A program made the translations under genes and the position numbers. The notes under the pieces were generated by a model, which saw only the letters and a program-made list of their open reading frames with translations, did no database searches and was not told where the DNA came from. From Vairimorpha necatrix (taxonomy: Eukaryota), in NCBI GenBank assembly GCA_036630325.1, contig CP142726.1, positions 1 to 64,000 on the forward strand: 64,000 nt of DNA. Direction: 5' to 3'. Positions 39,727 through 53,900 of the stretch are shown here, in pieces. Numbering within the stretch: position 1 is the stretch's first letter; each line of letters opens with the position of its first letter.

Positions 39727-40037
39727 TGTGGTATTATTTACCACATTACTTATTTTTATTTCATTTTTCCTCCAAGTGAATTTTCTAGAAACTTCTTTGC
39801 TATAAATATTTTCTTTTATTTTGACCCATCGATTTTTAGATGAGAAGAGAACAGAGAGTCTACAACGATAACGGGAGGGTATCTTACACCTTACCCCCTC
39901 ACATGAGGAACTATGAAAGCCCACAGGGGCAATTTAATAAACATAATAAAAATAAAAATATACTTTACAATATTGCAGGGAGAAGCATTCTTGAATGCTA
40001 TTTACATTATGGCCATCTCCCTGGTGGAAACACCACA
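39727..40037 (+). mobile_element. Solo LTR (311 bp), copy C, best preserved
   Basis: TGTGGT...ACCACA ends with a perfect TSD ATAAT (39722-39726 and 40038-40042). HSE at 39778-39795, TATAAATA at 39801-39808, AATAAA cluster at ~39935-39956. Confidence 0.85.
39778..39808 (+). promoter_or_regulatory. Heat-shock element (GAAnnTTCnnGAAnnTTC) plus TATA box inside the solo LTR
   Basis: GAA-tt-TTC-ta-GAA-ac-TTC followed by TATAAATA. A 3-unit version is present in copy B (11764-11776). Confidence 0.6.
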
Positions 40038-40308
40038 ATAATTAATATAATAGTTTTAAGTATCTCGGCTTTCATTTTTTCTAATCATATAAAGAGTCAA
40101 ATATATATCTACAAGAAAATATATCTTACGCCCAGAGGTACAGAGGCTTGCAAGATCTTTATTTCGCTTATAATGTTTGAATAGACACTTATTTTTAAAT
40201 GTTTAACGGCGAATCACATCTTTATAATACCTATAATAATATTAAATAGCTATAAAGGCCTTTCATATATCTGAATTTTTGACAGATCTAAAACTTACAT
40301 GATTGAAT

Positions 40309-41171
40309 GGAGCATTTTCACTTTATCCCCCCCCCCTTACCAATATAAATTGAGAATTTTTAAAAAATATCCCTTTTTTTCGAAATTCGAAGCGGAAAAA
40401 ATGTGAAGGAGCAAAAGTCAAAAAAATAAAGTTGTAATAAAATAGCATATTTACCAAAAATAAAACAATTATTTTTTCGTTTTTTTTTTCAATTTTTTAA
40501 AAATTTCCTTCTTCCAATTATTGATCAAGATTTATCTTTATTGTACATTGCAATGTATAACAACGAAATCTTTATATAAACAATATTTATAAGGTTCATT
40601 TGCTGTTATAAATGAATATTTTTCAAGAATTAAAGAATTTTCCAAACATGCAATATTTTACTTTTGGAGCTAAAATATAACATATATTAATAAATTGACA
40701 TTCTATACGATTCAATAATTTATAAAAGAGCATAAATATAACATTATTTTTACTTTGTTTGTCTAGAAAAACCAATAAAAACCTAAAAAACAAGACTAAT
40801 AAATATACTACCAAACTAAGAATAACCTAACCTAGATTCTGTTTTAAACAACATAAACTATGTATAAACATGTTTATCTTTAGCAAAAATTAAATGTAAT
40901 GACAAAAGAAAGCAATAGGTTAAAACATATTTTTACAAATTTAGACTTCTATTTAACTCATAGTTTATTAGAAAACATTATTAAATTGGTTTAAATAATA
41001 TATTTTTCATAAACTATGATCAAATTAGATATTTCTAAGACCATTTTTTTACTTATGCAAATTTTTCTCTGTTCCTTTCCGCTCTGGACGCTTCGACTTT
41101 TAAAAAACAGGGCTAAAAATAAAAAATTCTGTATTTATATTGGTAAGGGGGGGATAAAGTGAAAATTAGCC
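40309..41171. mobile_element. Non-autonomous Merlin-like element (863 bp)
   Basis: TIRs gg....ttttcactttatcccccc(c)ttaccaatataaat at both ends. 8-bp TSD GATTGAAT at 40301-40308 and 41172-41179. Confidence 0.85.
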
Positions 41172-42506
41172 GATTGAATATAATCGGAAGCATTGATCCT
41201 TGTTTTTTCTCATTCATAATTTCAAAGACTATAATTTATTTTGCTATAGTTTTTTCAAAAACCAAATACAAATTTGCTCGTATAAAATTTATTTTAACCA
41301 GTTGAAATTTAGTCTATATCTACAACGAATTAATGGCCTAAATCTGTCCTGGGTTATTCAAATGCCTATCATATATTCTTTAAAATAATTTCAAACATGT
41401 AAACCACAATTTGTTCGTTACGATCCAACACTTTTATAATTTGAGTTACGCTAACCTAAAAGATCTACAAAATAACATTATAGATAATAAAAATTCTATC
41501 TTACTATTAAAAAATAAAAAATTATTCACAATTGAAAATCTCTGCTTGCTTTTTTAATAAAAAATTTCAGTTATTCTTATGCGGTGTCTCAACTTTGTAC
41601 ATTTAGGTTTTTATTTTTAAAATAGGCTTATTAAATCTTCGGCCTCTTCATTACTTATCCATCTCTTTTTTGAAAAAGGGGGCAATTTTTTAAAAATTTT
41701 ACCCCTGTTATTTTTTCTTACAGGTGCTGATTTTAGCCGACGTTTATTCATATTTTTTGTTTGCTATGATAAGATCTTGAATAAACGGAAACTAGAATAA
41801 AAAATAATATTACTTTGTTTTCTTTTTACGCAAAATATCACATGAGAGAAATGATTTTTTATAATGATGCATTTTTAATTAAAATCATAATTACATAAGC
41901 CAAAATCAAAGTAACTATTGTAAAACACAAAAGAATTACAATGATTATATTATTTCTACTTATTTAGAATGAGGTTTTTATATTGCAAATTAACTAATAC
42001 AATAAAAATAAACATTTTTGAAACATCATCCATAAGACTGATTTTGATTGATCATAATAATAGAATTAAATACATTACATCATTTATGATTTTTAAAATG
42101 TTGTTATTTGTAAAGTTTATTCCAAGAATATATACAGACAATTAGTTCTGAGGCTATTTGTTCATTTTTTAAATAGCATTATAGATATAGTTCAGAGGCT
42201 TTTATTTGAATAAGAACACAAGTTATCATAAACTTTAAAGTGTTTCGTTAATTGTACATATTTAACTAATATCTTTAGTGGTTAACTATTTAGAAAAGAG
42301 TCAATTTTTAATTTGTTAAGCTAAACTTTTTTCACAAGTTCGTTATGATTATTCACTAAATTGATTTTTGAGTTGTAATTTAAAAACAAGAAAAAAGTTT
42401 AAGATATTAGAAAATGTATAGTTTTCTTTATTTGTTTTATCATAAATGTCATAATAAAATTTATATTAATTTTATGAGATAAATATTCAATTAAAAAAGA
42501 ACCCAA

Positions 42507-43808
42507 ATGTATTGGAAGCTTCAAATATTTATTATTTGGGGATATTGTTGGCTATCATTATTTGTTGAGTATAAAGAAAATGATACATGTGATGTATATG
42601 TTGGTGTTACAAGCTTTGCTAGCGGCCTAGAAAACCTGCAAATTACGCTTCTTAAAGACGAAGATTTTATTTCTGAGCGTCCAAATCGAGACGATTTATA
42701 TGATAAAGTAGAACTATCGATGGCAGGTAATAAAAGCGACTTACATCTAGTAAATAGAGAAGAATATGAAAAAATCAAAGCAGCATCATCAAAATTTAAT
42801 CGCTACGATTGTGTTTCAAAATTTATTAATAGTGCAAAATATTATAAATGTACAATCAACTTAGCGGATGGAAGAAAATATTTTTTTGGACTTCTTTTAG
42901 AAAGAGCGAATAATGGACCCAAAGATCTTTCTTACACACAATTATTTAATTTTGATGGTAATTTACATTTTGGGGAGCTAGTCATACTAAAAGCAAGAAA
43001 AATTATAAATAATTTGAGCCAGAATAGTTCAAATGTAATAAATAATTCTGATAAGAAGGGTACTAATAATTTGGATAATAGTAATAAGAATCCTGAGCAA
43101 AATGATACTTATGAAAATACTAAAGAGAATAAAAAACATCTCAATGTAGAACCGATTAAAAATTTTAAGAACGAAAGACTTGATGCTGATCTAAGTAACA
43201 TAAGACCTGATGATAATCTTGATAACGAAACTTCTGATAAGAATTTAAATAACTCGGAAACCGAGAAAACTTTATTGGACGAAACGCCTGATAAGATTCT
43301 AGGCAATTTGGAATCTGATAATAATCTTATAAAAAAATTCTCAGATAAAAATGGCAACGTAGAACTGGATAATAATCTTGAGAAAGAAGAATATAGTGTA
43401 AATTCAAAAAATTCAGAAACTTATGATAATCTTGCGAACAAAACTCCTGATACAGGTCTTGCGGACGAAACACCCGATAAGAACCTAAATTATTCGCAAT
43501 CAGAACCTGATAAAAATCTTGATGACGAAACGCCTGATCAGAATCCAGGCAATTTAGGGCTCGAGAATGAAAAGTTTGAAAAAAATCTAGTTGAATCGGA
43601 ATCTGATAATAATCTTGAGAACGAAAAAGCTGATAAAATTCTAAAAACCTCGATACCTGATAGTAAACACGACAATAATAACAATGATTCAAAAGACAAT
43701 CCCAATGACAGAAATAACAAACCATATCTTTATTTGTTGTTATATGCCATTTTCATATTAATATTTGCTTTTTCGGTATTTTTGTTAAGAAAAATAAATA
43801 AAAATTAA
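42507..43808 (+). CDS. 433-aa type-I membrane/surface protein, orphan family member 1
   Basis: Signal-like N-terminus, conserved ~150-aa domain, Asn/Asp-rich degenerate repeats (DETPDKNL) and C-terminal TM YLYLLLYAIFILIFAFSVFLL. CCC before the ATG. Confidence 0.92.
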   Translation: MYWKLQIFIIWGYCWLSLFVEYKENDTCDVYVGVTSFASGLENLQITLLKDEDFISERPNRDDLYDKVELSMAGNKSDLHLVNREEYEKIKAASSKFNRYDCVSKFINSAKYYKCTINLADGRKYFFGLLLERANNGPKDLSYTQLFNFDGNLHFGELVILKARKIINNLSQNSSNVINNSDKKGTNNLDNSNKNPEQNDTYENTKENKKHLNVEPIKNFKNERLDADLSNIRPDDNLDNETSDKNLNNSETEKTLLDETPDKILGNLESDNNLIKKFSDKNGNVELDNNLEKEEYSVNSKNSETYDNLANKTPDTGLADETPDKNLNYSQSEPDKNLDDETPDQNPGNLGLENEKFEKNLVESESDNNLENEKADKILKTSIPDSKHDNNNNDSKDNPNDRNNKPYLYLLLYAIFILIFAFSVFLLRKINKN

Positions 43809-46800
43809 TACTTAGTTGCCTTTGTTTTCGTATATTACAAGTTAAAAACATTGTTACAGAGTTTTTAAAGTTAAATAATAGTGATTTTTGATTTAACATA
43901 TCTTAATACATCATATTAAATATTTAATACAACGTAATAACATAAATCAACAACTATAGTGTTAAGTCTGTAGAAATTTAATTTCTAATATTTAACATTA
44001 GAGAAATTAATATAAAAAACCAATATAATTGAAAAATACATTTGATATTATAGCCATCAAATAATTTAGAGATAATATGTGGGGATAATTGTTTAAAGAT
44101 GGTAAATTAGAGTACTAAAACATATATTAGCTGAAACTATAAATATAATATTTATCAGATTTGCTATATTAGTGAAATTTTAATAATTATAAATTTACAT
44201 ATAAATTAGATAATTTTAAAATTTGTAAAAACATATGAAAACTATATTAATAAATTTAGATCATGATTTAATACATACGATAATTTAATCGTTTGATTCT
44301 TTATATTGTCGTTTTGATCAAGATAGTAACAATATTTAATTTCATACTGTAACTGTCAAACATTAATTGAAAATCATCAAAATTAACCCAAGTTTCAGAT
44401 TTTTTCAAAATTATTGAATTTTATTTAAGTATATTTTAAAAGCCTAATTACACATGTTTGTTTTTAGTTTTGTTACGGGATAAAGATCTAGTTAATGAGA
44501 TCATCTTGTCATTACTATATTGTAGATACTTATTTAAAGTATCTGCTGTAAAATATTTATTATAAATATTAAAAAAATATTTTACATATCTAAAAATATT
44601 GTGAAAAGGAAGTTTAAACTTTATTTGACAAGTTTTATTTGAAAAATTTGTTTTAAAAATTTTACAATACTTTCGACGGATATAGTATTTTGCAAATAAT
44701 CATGATGAATAAACTAATTTAAACTTAAGATTTTTTTCTAAATTTTATTTTTATTTTTGAACATAAATTCTTTCTTTTTTCATAAAATTCTCTTATTAGC
44801 GCAATAAAAATTGGCATTTTTACATTAGCTTTTGTAATAACGACACTGTTATTTTCTCTTATAAATTATTAATAATTTATATTTGACAGTTCCACACCTC
44901 GGAGACTGATTGTCGAACGCTAATTGAGACTAAGAGATTTTATTAAGAAAATAAAAATAAAAGTTTTGTGACAAAATCAAAAAATATTTTAAAATCATCT
45001 TAAGATCAAATTATGAAACTGCGAAGTTTGGGTTCAATGCCAAACAAAAATAATTTAAGTAATTTTAAAAATGAAGAAGGAATCGATCAAGGTGCATCTA
45101 TCGGAGTATCGATTAATATAAAATAATCTAAAACATTTTCAGAAGACGTGATTTTTTTCACCAGGTAAAGATATCATAGTATTGATTTCACAAAGTGCGC
45201 ATGCGACGAATGTCGAAAAACGAATTATTAAAGTTTTTTTTTTAAAATACTAAAAATAATGCTAGTGAACAAAGAGAATGTGAATTTTCTTTCATTGTAT
45301 TCTATGATAGAAACACTAAAAATGCTTTACGTACATTTAATATGCATAGTTAGACTTTGCGATTTACAAAAATTTTTTATATTAAAAGCACACACTGAAA
45401 ATCTCTAGGAACTAAAACTTACAATTGAATTAGAAGAAGTCGAATATTGAAAACGTGCAAAATTTTTAGTCGGTGAATCAAATTTAAATTCATATATTGA
45501 TGAATGTTTAGAATAAATAACTAATAAAAATAAAAATACAATGTGATAAAGTAACAAAACGCGAATGAAGTTATTTCCAGTGAATTAATAAGTAAAAAAC
45601 ATATGATAGCTTAAAATCATTTTTTTTTTGTAATTCAGATAATATAATTTTAGCAGATTAAGTTAAACTTACACGAAATGATGGTTATACAACAAATTAT
45701 AAATAATTGTTCGATTGATGAAATAATATAAATTTTACTGAAAAAGAAAATTTCTTTTATGTTTTGCTACATTATGTATTAGATTGCTTAGAGAATTTTA
45801 TCGTTAGGTACTTAAGTATTTCTAGATACCTTCGCGATACAAAATAGAGTCTAAATGAATAAATATTCTAAGTTCAAGTTATTGTTTTGATATATTATTA
45901 CTTCTTGAATATCAAGCAAGACAGTATTAATAAAAAACTTTACGCAATTTACAAGATGACATAGAAATTTGCAATGTGTCAAGCCGTGGAAGCATACTCA
46001 TTAGCAAATACAATATATCAAAAGATTTATTACTTGATGTTTGAGTCTTAATATTTTCTTAAAAAATTCTTAAATGCTTGATCAAATTTTTTACTTATTA
46101 AAAAATATTTGATTGATTAGCAATAAAGTATGTCTAAAATTTCATTTATAATCTAATGCTCGTAAATTTTTCATACTTTCTTGCGAGGAAAAAAAGTCCA
46201 CATACTTGGAATTTCTTAAAAAAGTCATACCTTATCTAAATTTATCATATGTTATATATAAAACATTTTTCTGAGCCAAGATTGAACATTTATAAGTAAA
46301 TCTGTCGATTACAGAAAACAATGCCCATCTAACAGTAAACTGGTGGCGTGTTCTAAAGGCTGGCATACTAAGGAGCGCAAGGGGGTAATGTAATTTGAAT
46401 ACAAATATGTTTTTTGTTTATAGAATTTTGTCTGTTATATTGTTTATAAAGCTGCTTTTCATGGTAATAAAATTACTCAGTGGTTTTGTACAAATTAGAA
46501 AAATATACAATAAAAGTATGAATTTTAAAATCAAAATTAAAATATTAATGAAAAAAACTTATATATATTTAGAAAATATACAAAGTCTACAAAGTAAATA
46601 TTTATGAGGTACATAAAATTTTTTACGTTTTGTAAAAAACGAGTCCCTGTCTTTAATAAATTACTGTTGACACTATTTGAAGAAAAATAAGTAATCTATC
46701 TCTATTAATATTTTTATAAAAACCCATTGAAATAAATTTTGCACGTTTTAAGCTAGGTACAAAATAAGACACAAAGTCTTTTATTTATATGAAAAAAATT

Positions 46801-49185
46801 CAAATGACTGAATAATTTCAAATGATAATATATATTACAAATATATGGTCGTAGATTTAAAAATTATGAATATCTGTTTACATATATTTTAATAGGAATT
46901 ATGTAGTATATTGTAATATTTGACTTTCGTTATTATTCTTAATTTAAGCTTTGACTAATAAATAGTATCTTTGATGCTTAAATATCAAAGTTTAAAATTA
47001 TTTATAAATTGTCAATTATAAAAATTGACCAAATTGTTAAAGAACATGATAATTTAAACGGAAATATTTCGTAAAGACTTAACAAGAATTTTTAAAGGGA
47101 ACTAATACTGATAGATGATTGTAGCACTGTCAGAAATGAAAAAAAAATCGGATTTAATGAAAGTTAAATTAGCTATATAATAAATACTGTGATTATGATT
47201 TTAAATATCAAACTTAGCATAGATAAATTTATACATTTTTTAGATAAAAATAGTGGTATAACAATTTCATACTAACAAAAAAAATTAAAAAACGTCTTAA
47301 GTTTCTTATGGAGACTATATTATTAGTAATAAGTGAAATTTGTACTAATAAAAGAGAGGGGAAAACAATATATAATATTTGTACAGTATATAGGACATTC
47401 TCTGTCAGTATATAAGTTTTCTTTATTCTTTTCCTAAAAAAAGCCAAGACAAGATGATTAATTAGAACAAAATACAAAGATAAGCTCAAAATCAAATAAC
47501 CTAAGCAAATGTAAAGGAAAATATGTGTAGTATGGAAAAAACATTTATTATATAGCTCTATTTTGCTCACCTGATAAGCAAATTACGTGAGTACTTTCTT
47601 AACAAATGGTCTGTATAAGTAGGGACGGATTAGTATGTGCTATTCGTCTTTGAAGAAGGTTGACTAAAACGACTTCTCGGATATATTGTTGTAAAAAATC
47701 ATAAAAGACAGGTTTCTTATTTGACCATTAAATGTCCGATTTTTACGGGTTTAAAAAAATGTGCTCATGGAATAATAGATATTTTAAGGCGCCTTTTTAG
47801 AACAATTAACTACATTTGCATATTTTTCGTTTGCTGTTCTATTATTTTTTTATGTGGTTTGTAAATATGTATAGTTTCGTCTGTATTCCCAATATAATTT
47901 GTTTTTTGATCTTCATAATTTAAAGTTTTCTCAGTAGCAACATAATCACTTAATACCTAGCTATATACAAAGAAACGAGAGATTCATAATGAAATGAAAG
48001 CTGATATACAATCTTATATTGATAGTAATAATTCCTAAAATAAATCTCAGTGGAGTATAAAACAAGGAATTTAAATAATAAAATTCAATAGTGAAGAGTA
48101 TCTCAAAAAACATCTTCTCGGGTTGAAATTATTTTTTTTATTGACAAACAAAATTGCACTCTTTCAAAGCTTAATAAAAAATTTTATGTTTTTCTATAAT
48201 TAAAAACTTTTGCCTTTGCGCCTAGATAGTTCTATTTGTTTGTTTAAATTTCTATGAGTCTTCATGTGTGTTCTCATATTTAATTGAGACTTTCAAATCT
48301 TTCATTTGGCTATTCTGATTTTTTGATTTTGTATTTCGAGACTAAAAAATATGTATGAAATACCGAAATTTCGGAAATTAAATGATGCTTTAGAAGCCGT
48401 ATGATATAATTTGAATATTTTTGACAGTATTTAAAATAAACATGTTGCTTGTCACGTGTAATTTCTTAGATCAAATTTGTAATTTAAGTACAGGCTCTTG
48501 CAATATTTTAATATTACTTAATATGGCCTTGTTTTTTAATGGACTACTAAATAGTTGTAAAAAAAATTGTATGTTAATACAAACAAGAGCCTTTTAGCAT
48601 AGTGGTAGGTATCACAAGTTATTGGCCATTGAAATTTTGTACGATTGTTGGCTTTTCAATATATAAAAGGTTTTTGTTTTTATTATGATCTCCAATTTTA
48701 ATGGCATAAAAAATAATATTTCGAAATTGTATGTTTATCCTTATCTAAAAATTTTCTTAAATTTTTAATAGGGTAAAATAATAGGAAAAATAATGTTTGG
48801 GTTATGAAATTTAAATCTAGCTATTAAAAAGATCCTTTGAGATATTAATAAGTGGTAAATTCTATCTTTGAATATGTTCAATTGACAACGGCTATAAATT
48901 TACTACTTTTTTATTTAAAAAATGGACTTCGAAATTTATATTTACGAAATTCTGATTATAAAAGAATATGAATTTTTTTGTTAATAATGCATAAGAACCA
49001 ATAATTAAAAGAAATTTTGATTATTCCTAAAAATATAAACTGGACAAAGCAATACTGTTATTTTTATTATCATTCATTATCATATGTTAATACGTTAATC
49101 AATTTGTTAAATTAATTTTATTTATATTAACTGTCAAATTGTGACTTAAATTAATAATGCTATAATTTGAATTTTTTAAACCCTT

Positions 49186-50923
49186 ATGTCATTAAAATTA
49201 TATTGGTATTTTATTTTTAATCACTGTGAGTTGATATTATTTGTAGGTTATATGGAGATAATCAATGTGATTTATATATTGGCAAAACAAATAAAGCTGA
49301 CGAATTGAACGAATTTAAAATATTCATTTCTAGAGATAAAAACTTGTTTTATAAAGAAATTAAAGATCAATTGAAACTTAAGTACGAAATTAATCATCTT
49401 TTTGAAACTGGACTGTTTTTACATCAAATAGATGAAAGAGAATATGCTTCAATAAGAAATCTGGCCGAAAATCTTGAAGATGAAAATAGAAAATTAAGTT
49501 TTTTAATTGCGTACAATATTATAAATACAGTTTCAATATTTTAGAATATAATCAAATTTGTTTTGAAATAGTTTTCTATGAGAAAAACATAAATACTATT
49601 TGTTGGGGACATACAAAAGTATTTACTTTAGAAAAAAAAAATATTTTCAATACATTAAGTATGGAAAGAAAAATGCGATTATTTATCGATTCAAAGAATA
49701 ACGATTTATATTATAAATTTTTAGGTTTGCCCAAAAGATCAAATACTTTATATGCGAATATCGTTGGTGATAATACACAAAAGGAACATATTACCTTTTC
49801 AACGCTAGTTATGTTAGACATATATCGTATTAAAGAATCAAATGTACAAAATGCTTATAATTTAGAGAAAAAAACAATAAATGAATATAATCCTATCAAT
49901 TTGCAACATTTAAAACTTGTTTGTGTTGAAAACTTATTAGCTAAAAATAATTACTACGAAACCATTTTGGAAGCTAAAAATGATATCGAATTAAAGGGAA
50001 TAACAAAATATAAATTAATAACTTCATATTTTAGTTATCTATATAACAATAAAATCTTTCTTAGATACAAAAAGAAGAAATTAAAAAAACGTGATATTTT
50101 AGACGATCATAATATGAGTAATAAAATTAGAAATTTTTTATACATACATAACCCTCTTAATTCCATATGTATATATAAAAATAAAAAAATATATAAGGAA
50201 AATAAAAAGAATGTTAATATAAATGATTACAATAGAAGAAAGTATGCCGGAAATGAAGTACTAAAAAATAAACAAGATAAGAGATCTATTATTAGTTACA
50301 AAACTGCTATAAATGAGATATTAATAAAACCAAATATTAGAGAATATCATGATATGTTTAAGAAAATTAAAAATGTCTATATAGCGTCAATAATTCATAA
50401 TGGAAATTTCAATAAACGATACGAACACCCTATTCATGCCGTTTTCAAAGATTATATTTATTATGGACATAATTGTAGTAAATTTGCTAAAATTGACCTG
50501 AATTTAATAGTAGTATATATTCTCACAGTTATTAAAAAACAAAATACATGCACAAATTTGAAAGATTATAATCAAGAAAATACTAAAAAACACATAGTAT
50601 ATTACAATACTTTCGAATTCGATTCTAAAACTATTGTAGAACATAAAATAAATCCATTCGAAAATTCCAACAATAGTTTAATGATTGAAAATGGAGAAAC
50701 TAATACAAACTTAGTAAAAAATAATACCATGGATGTTCTAAACAGGAGTAAAGATCTCGAGGATAATATTTTATCACGTGAAAAATATTTTTTTTCTGAT
50801 TCGGAATCAAATAATGACAATTCCAACAACAGAAATGGGCCATCTAAGTTCAATTACTTGTTTTTTATCTTAATCCTATTGATTTTTTCATGTTCCATTT
50901 ATTTTAAATTGAAGCGCGAATAA
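49186..50923 (+). pseudogene. Orphan family member 2 (~580 aa reconstructed) with two 1-nt frameshifts (~49252, ~49506)
   Basis: cccttATG at 49186. MSLKLYWYFIFNHCELILFVGY/GDNQCDLYIG aligns with LFVEYKENDTCDVYVG. After the second shift, NCVQYYKY..FEIVFYE..W matches the paralogues. It joins ORF 49661-50923, which ends in a TM. Confidence 0.75.
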
Positions 50924-53900
50924 AAATTTATATTAATAATAATGTCCATTTTGATTATTATATGTAAAACAATTATAGGTTACTCATTTATAATGTATTT
51001 GTATTCATAGTATGTTATGATAATATATTTTAACGATGTGTAGAAGTGCAAAAAATTTTGGATCGACAGCAACTGTTTAAATAAGATTATACATGAGTTT
51101 GACTTATTTGAATATTAAAGAACAACATAGAGGAGTAATAATTATGATGATCTATACCTTAAGTGTTTCGACTATGATATTTTGGAAAACTTTAAAAATA
51201 TTCTTTTGTGAAAGTATTTGTTTAGTCGTTAATCTATTGTTTTATGCAATAAATTTTGCTTTTTTTTTTTAGAAATTGGATTAATATACGTTTGTACAGT
51301 GGCTCTATGCTATCAATATCTAATGTCCGTGTGTATCGCAGTCCTTCTTTCAAGTATATAGGTTAAAAAATAAATTCATAGTTCTTTATTTTTTTTAGAT
51401 TAAGTTTATATTAATACTGTATATATTATAAAAATACTAAATTATCCGTAAAACACGTTTAAACTATCATGAGCTTAAATTTAACTCATATAACATAGCT
51501 TAATTTTTCGGTATGATTTAATACATAAAATAATCCAAACATTTTTTATTTTGACTTTCAACAAATTTCGTTTTTTTGTATATTGATTATCATATTTTTT
51601 ATTTAATCCAAAAAATAGATAATATTAAATTGAAACATACAGTATTGGGTGTTATAAACAATGTATGTCAATCTATTAAAAAATTACTGAGTAAATTTTT
51701 TTTTATAAGGTGTAATTTAATGCTTTTTTTATACAGTAAACTATAGAAAAGAGCCGCGTTTACGCTTAATGCAAAGAATGAATTTAAATAAATAGATATG
51801 TAAAGTATTGATTATAATGATTATAATATTTACCTTTACAATGAATATAATGCTATGTTCAAAAAAGATGTGTGCAAATTATTTTTTGATACATTCTATG
51901 AATTGTCCAAATAGCATAATGTACTATACAAGAGAAAATTCGTGTTACATCAAAGGCATTAAGTCTCTTTATGAAGTGTGGAATGATTTAAAATTGCAAA
52001 CTCAATCAAATTTAGTAGATTGAATTCTAAATAAATAATCAATTATAAGTATAAAACTATTTAAATATCAGCACAAATCTTCAAAAAAAACGCAAAGAAA
52101 AATGTGCAAATAAAATATATATAAATTAATTTCTGCCACCAAAATCAAAAAAAACCTTCTATTTACCTTTAAATACAATATATGCCTCATGATTTTATCA
52201 AGATTTTTTTAATGTTTTTATTGTAAGAATATAAACATCATTTTATAATATCTAGTCTGATAATGTCATAAATAGTAATTGAGGTGTTCTAGAATTATTT
52301 TTATATTAATATTTTCTTCTTGCTATACATTTTTACATAAACTATTTATTTAAAAAAACAATTTTTATTGTTATAAATATTGTAAAATTGCTCCAAATAT
52401 CTCATGATAGAAATTTATGATTATGATCATTTTATCATACAACTATTCTAACTTTATTTTATAAGTAAATATAAAATAAAAACCTTTATTATATCTAAAC
52501 TAAAAGTTATTTGCCATAAGTTCAGATCTATTTATCTTTGAAGCTATTATAAATTATTTGCTAAATTTAAATTCTTAAAGATTGGGCGGATTTTTAATGG
52601 TGCCATATAATTATTTTATTGTGGGAAGATCGCTCGCAAAATAAGCGTAAATGTCATAATGAAAACCGAAGTTAAATCGACTTGAAGACACTAAATGCAT
52701 TGTCAAATTTTAATTTAAATTCAGCACCAGAAATATATTTTAAACCCTCCAATTTATTTCTTAATTATCTGATGTGTCCCTGTTATTCCCTTGCTTAAAC
52801 ATTTAATTTTGAATTCGTCGTAGTATGTTAGCGTTCCTTCTACGTAGAAAGATCAGACGTCGTAGAGACATGATATCATAAAACTAATTCTAATATTGAG
52901 TTAAAAAATGAAGTATTTTCATATTTAAGAGTCGTATATTAATTAGATTTGGTTATTAGACAAAAATGCGCAGAATTTTGTATTGCCCGGGTGTTATACC
53001 TTTCTAGCATATTCCTTTTGCATGTTAAAATGCCAATCATATCACAAAAATGTTCTAATATGTTCTAAAATAAATGTTTTATGTGTCGATGTGGAAGAAT
53101 TAGTGTTTACAACTATCAGAATTTTTTTTATATTACAAATATGTTTTGTAATTAATTGCTATAATTTAATTGCGATGTTTATTAAAACATTATCACGTAT
53201 ATGTAAATAAAATATGCTTCTAGATTTGTAGAGCATATAAAATACGTTTAAATGACGATTTAAAACATTTTAGTCGAACAATAATATTAAAATTTCAAAA
53301 ATAACTATAACAGTATTTCGCTATATTTACATAATAATAAATTTCCTGGTCTGGGGGTTTGATGTATGTTTAAACCTGTTTAATATATTTGTAATAAACC
53401 CCATTAATTTGAGAAACGATAATCAATAATTTCTTAATCATCCCACTGATTGGTCCCTTTTATGAGACAACTATCATTGAGTTTTTCTTATTGATTCATT
53501 TAGTGCAACGCCTTTATTTCAATTTGATAAACTTTGATTTTTAACTATCTGATAAAGCTTAATTTATTGGTAAAATTAACTAAATTTCTTCAATATCCTT
53601 GTAATATAATGTTAAATTTTCGCAAAGACACATAAATATTAGGGAATATAAAAAGAATCAAAAATATTAGCAAAATAACATATGCTAAATTTGTTCTTCA
53701 GTAAAATTTTTTATGATCGAAATGCTCGAACTGAATTATAAAATTTTTAATCGAAGGATATATACAACAACGATATTCTATATAGGGATGCAATTATATT
53801 AATTTTATCTTCGAAATATGCACTGAATAATCAGAAAACAATAAAGGCCTGCGAAAAATATATAAAATAAGCAACTGTTTGTAAATATAAAAAACTTAAA

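Noticed and set aside
39840-40184. ORF MRREQRV... (and 6847-7098) as a small-protein family
   Set aside because: The apparent peptide similarity lies inside TSD-flanked solo LTRs, and the frames are broken in copies B and D.
45000-46400. Decayed coding-like region ending in PPT-like AAGGGGG-taa-TGTAA
   Set aside because: No recognisable domain or partner LTR.
48586-48612. tRNA-like 5' fragment (TTAGCATAGTGGTA)
   Set aside because: No anticodon or T arm follows.
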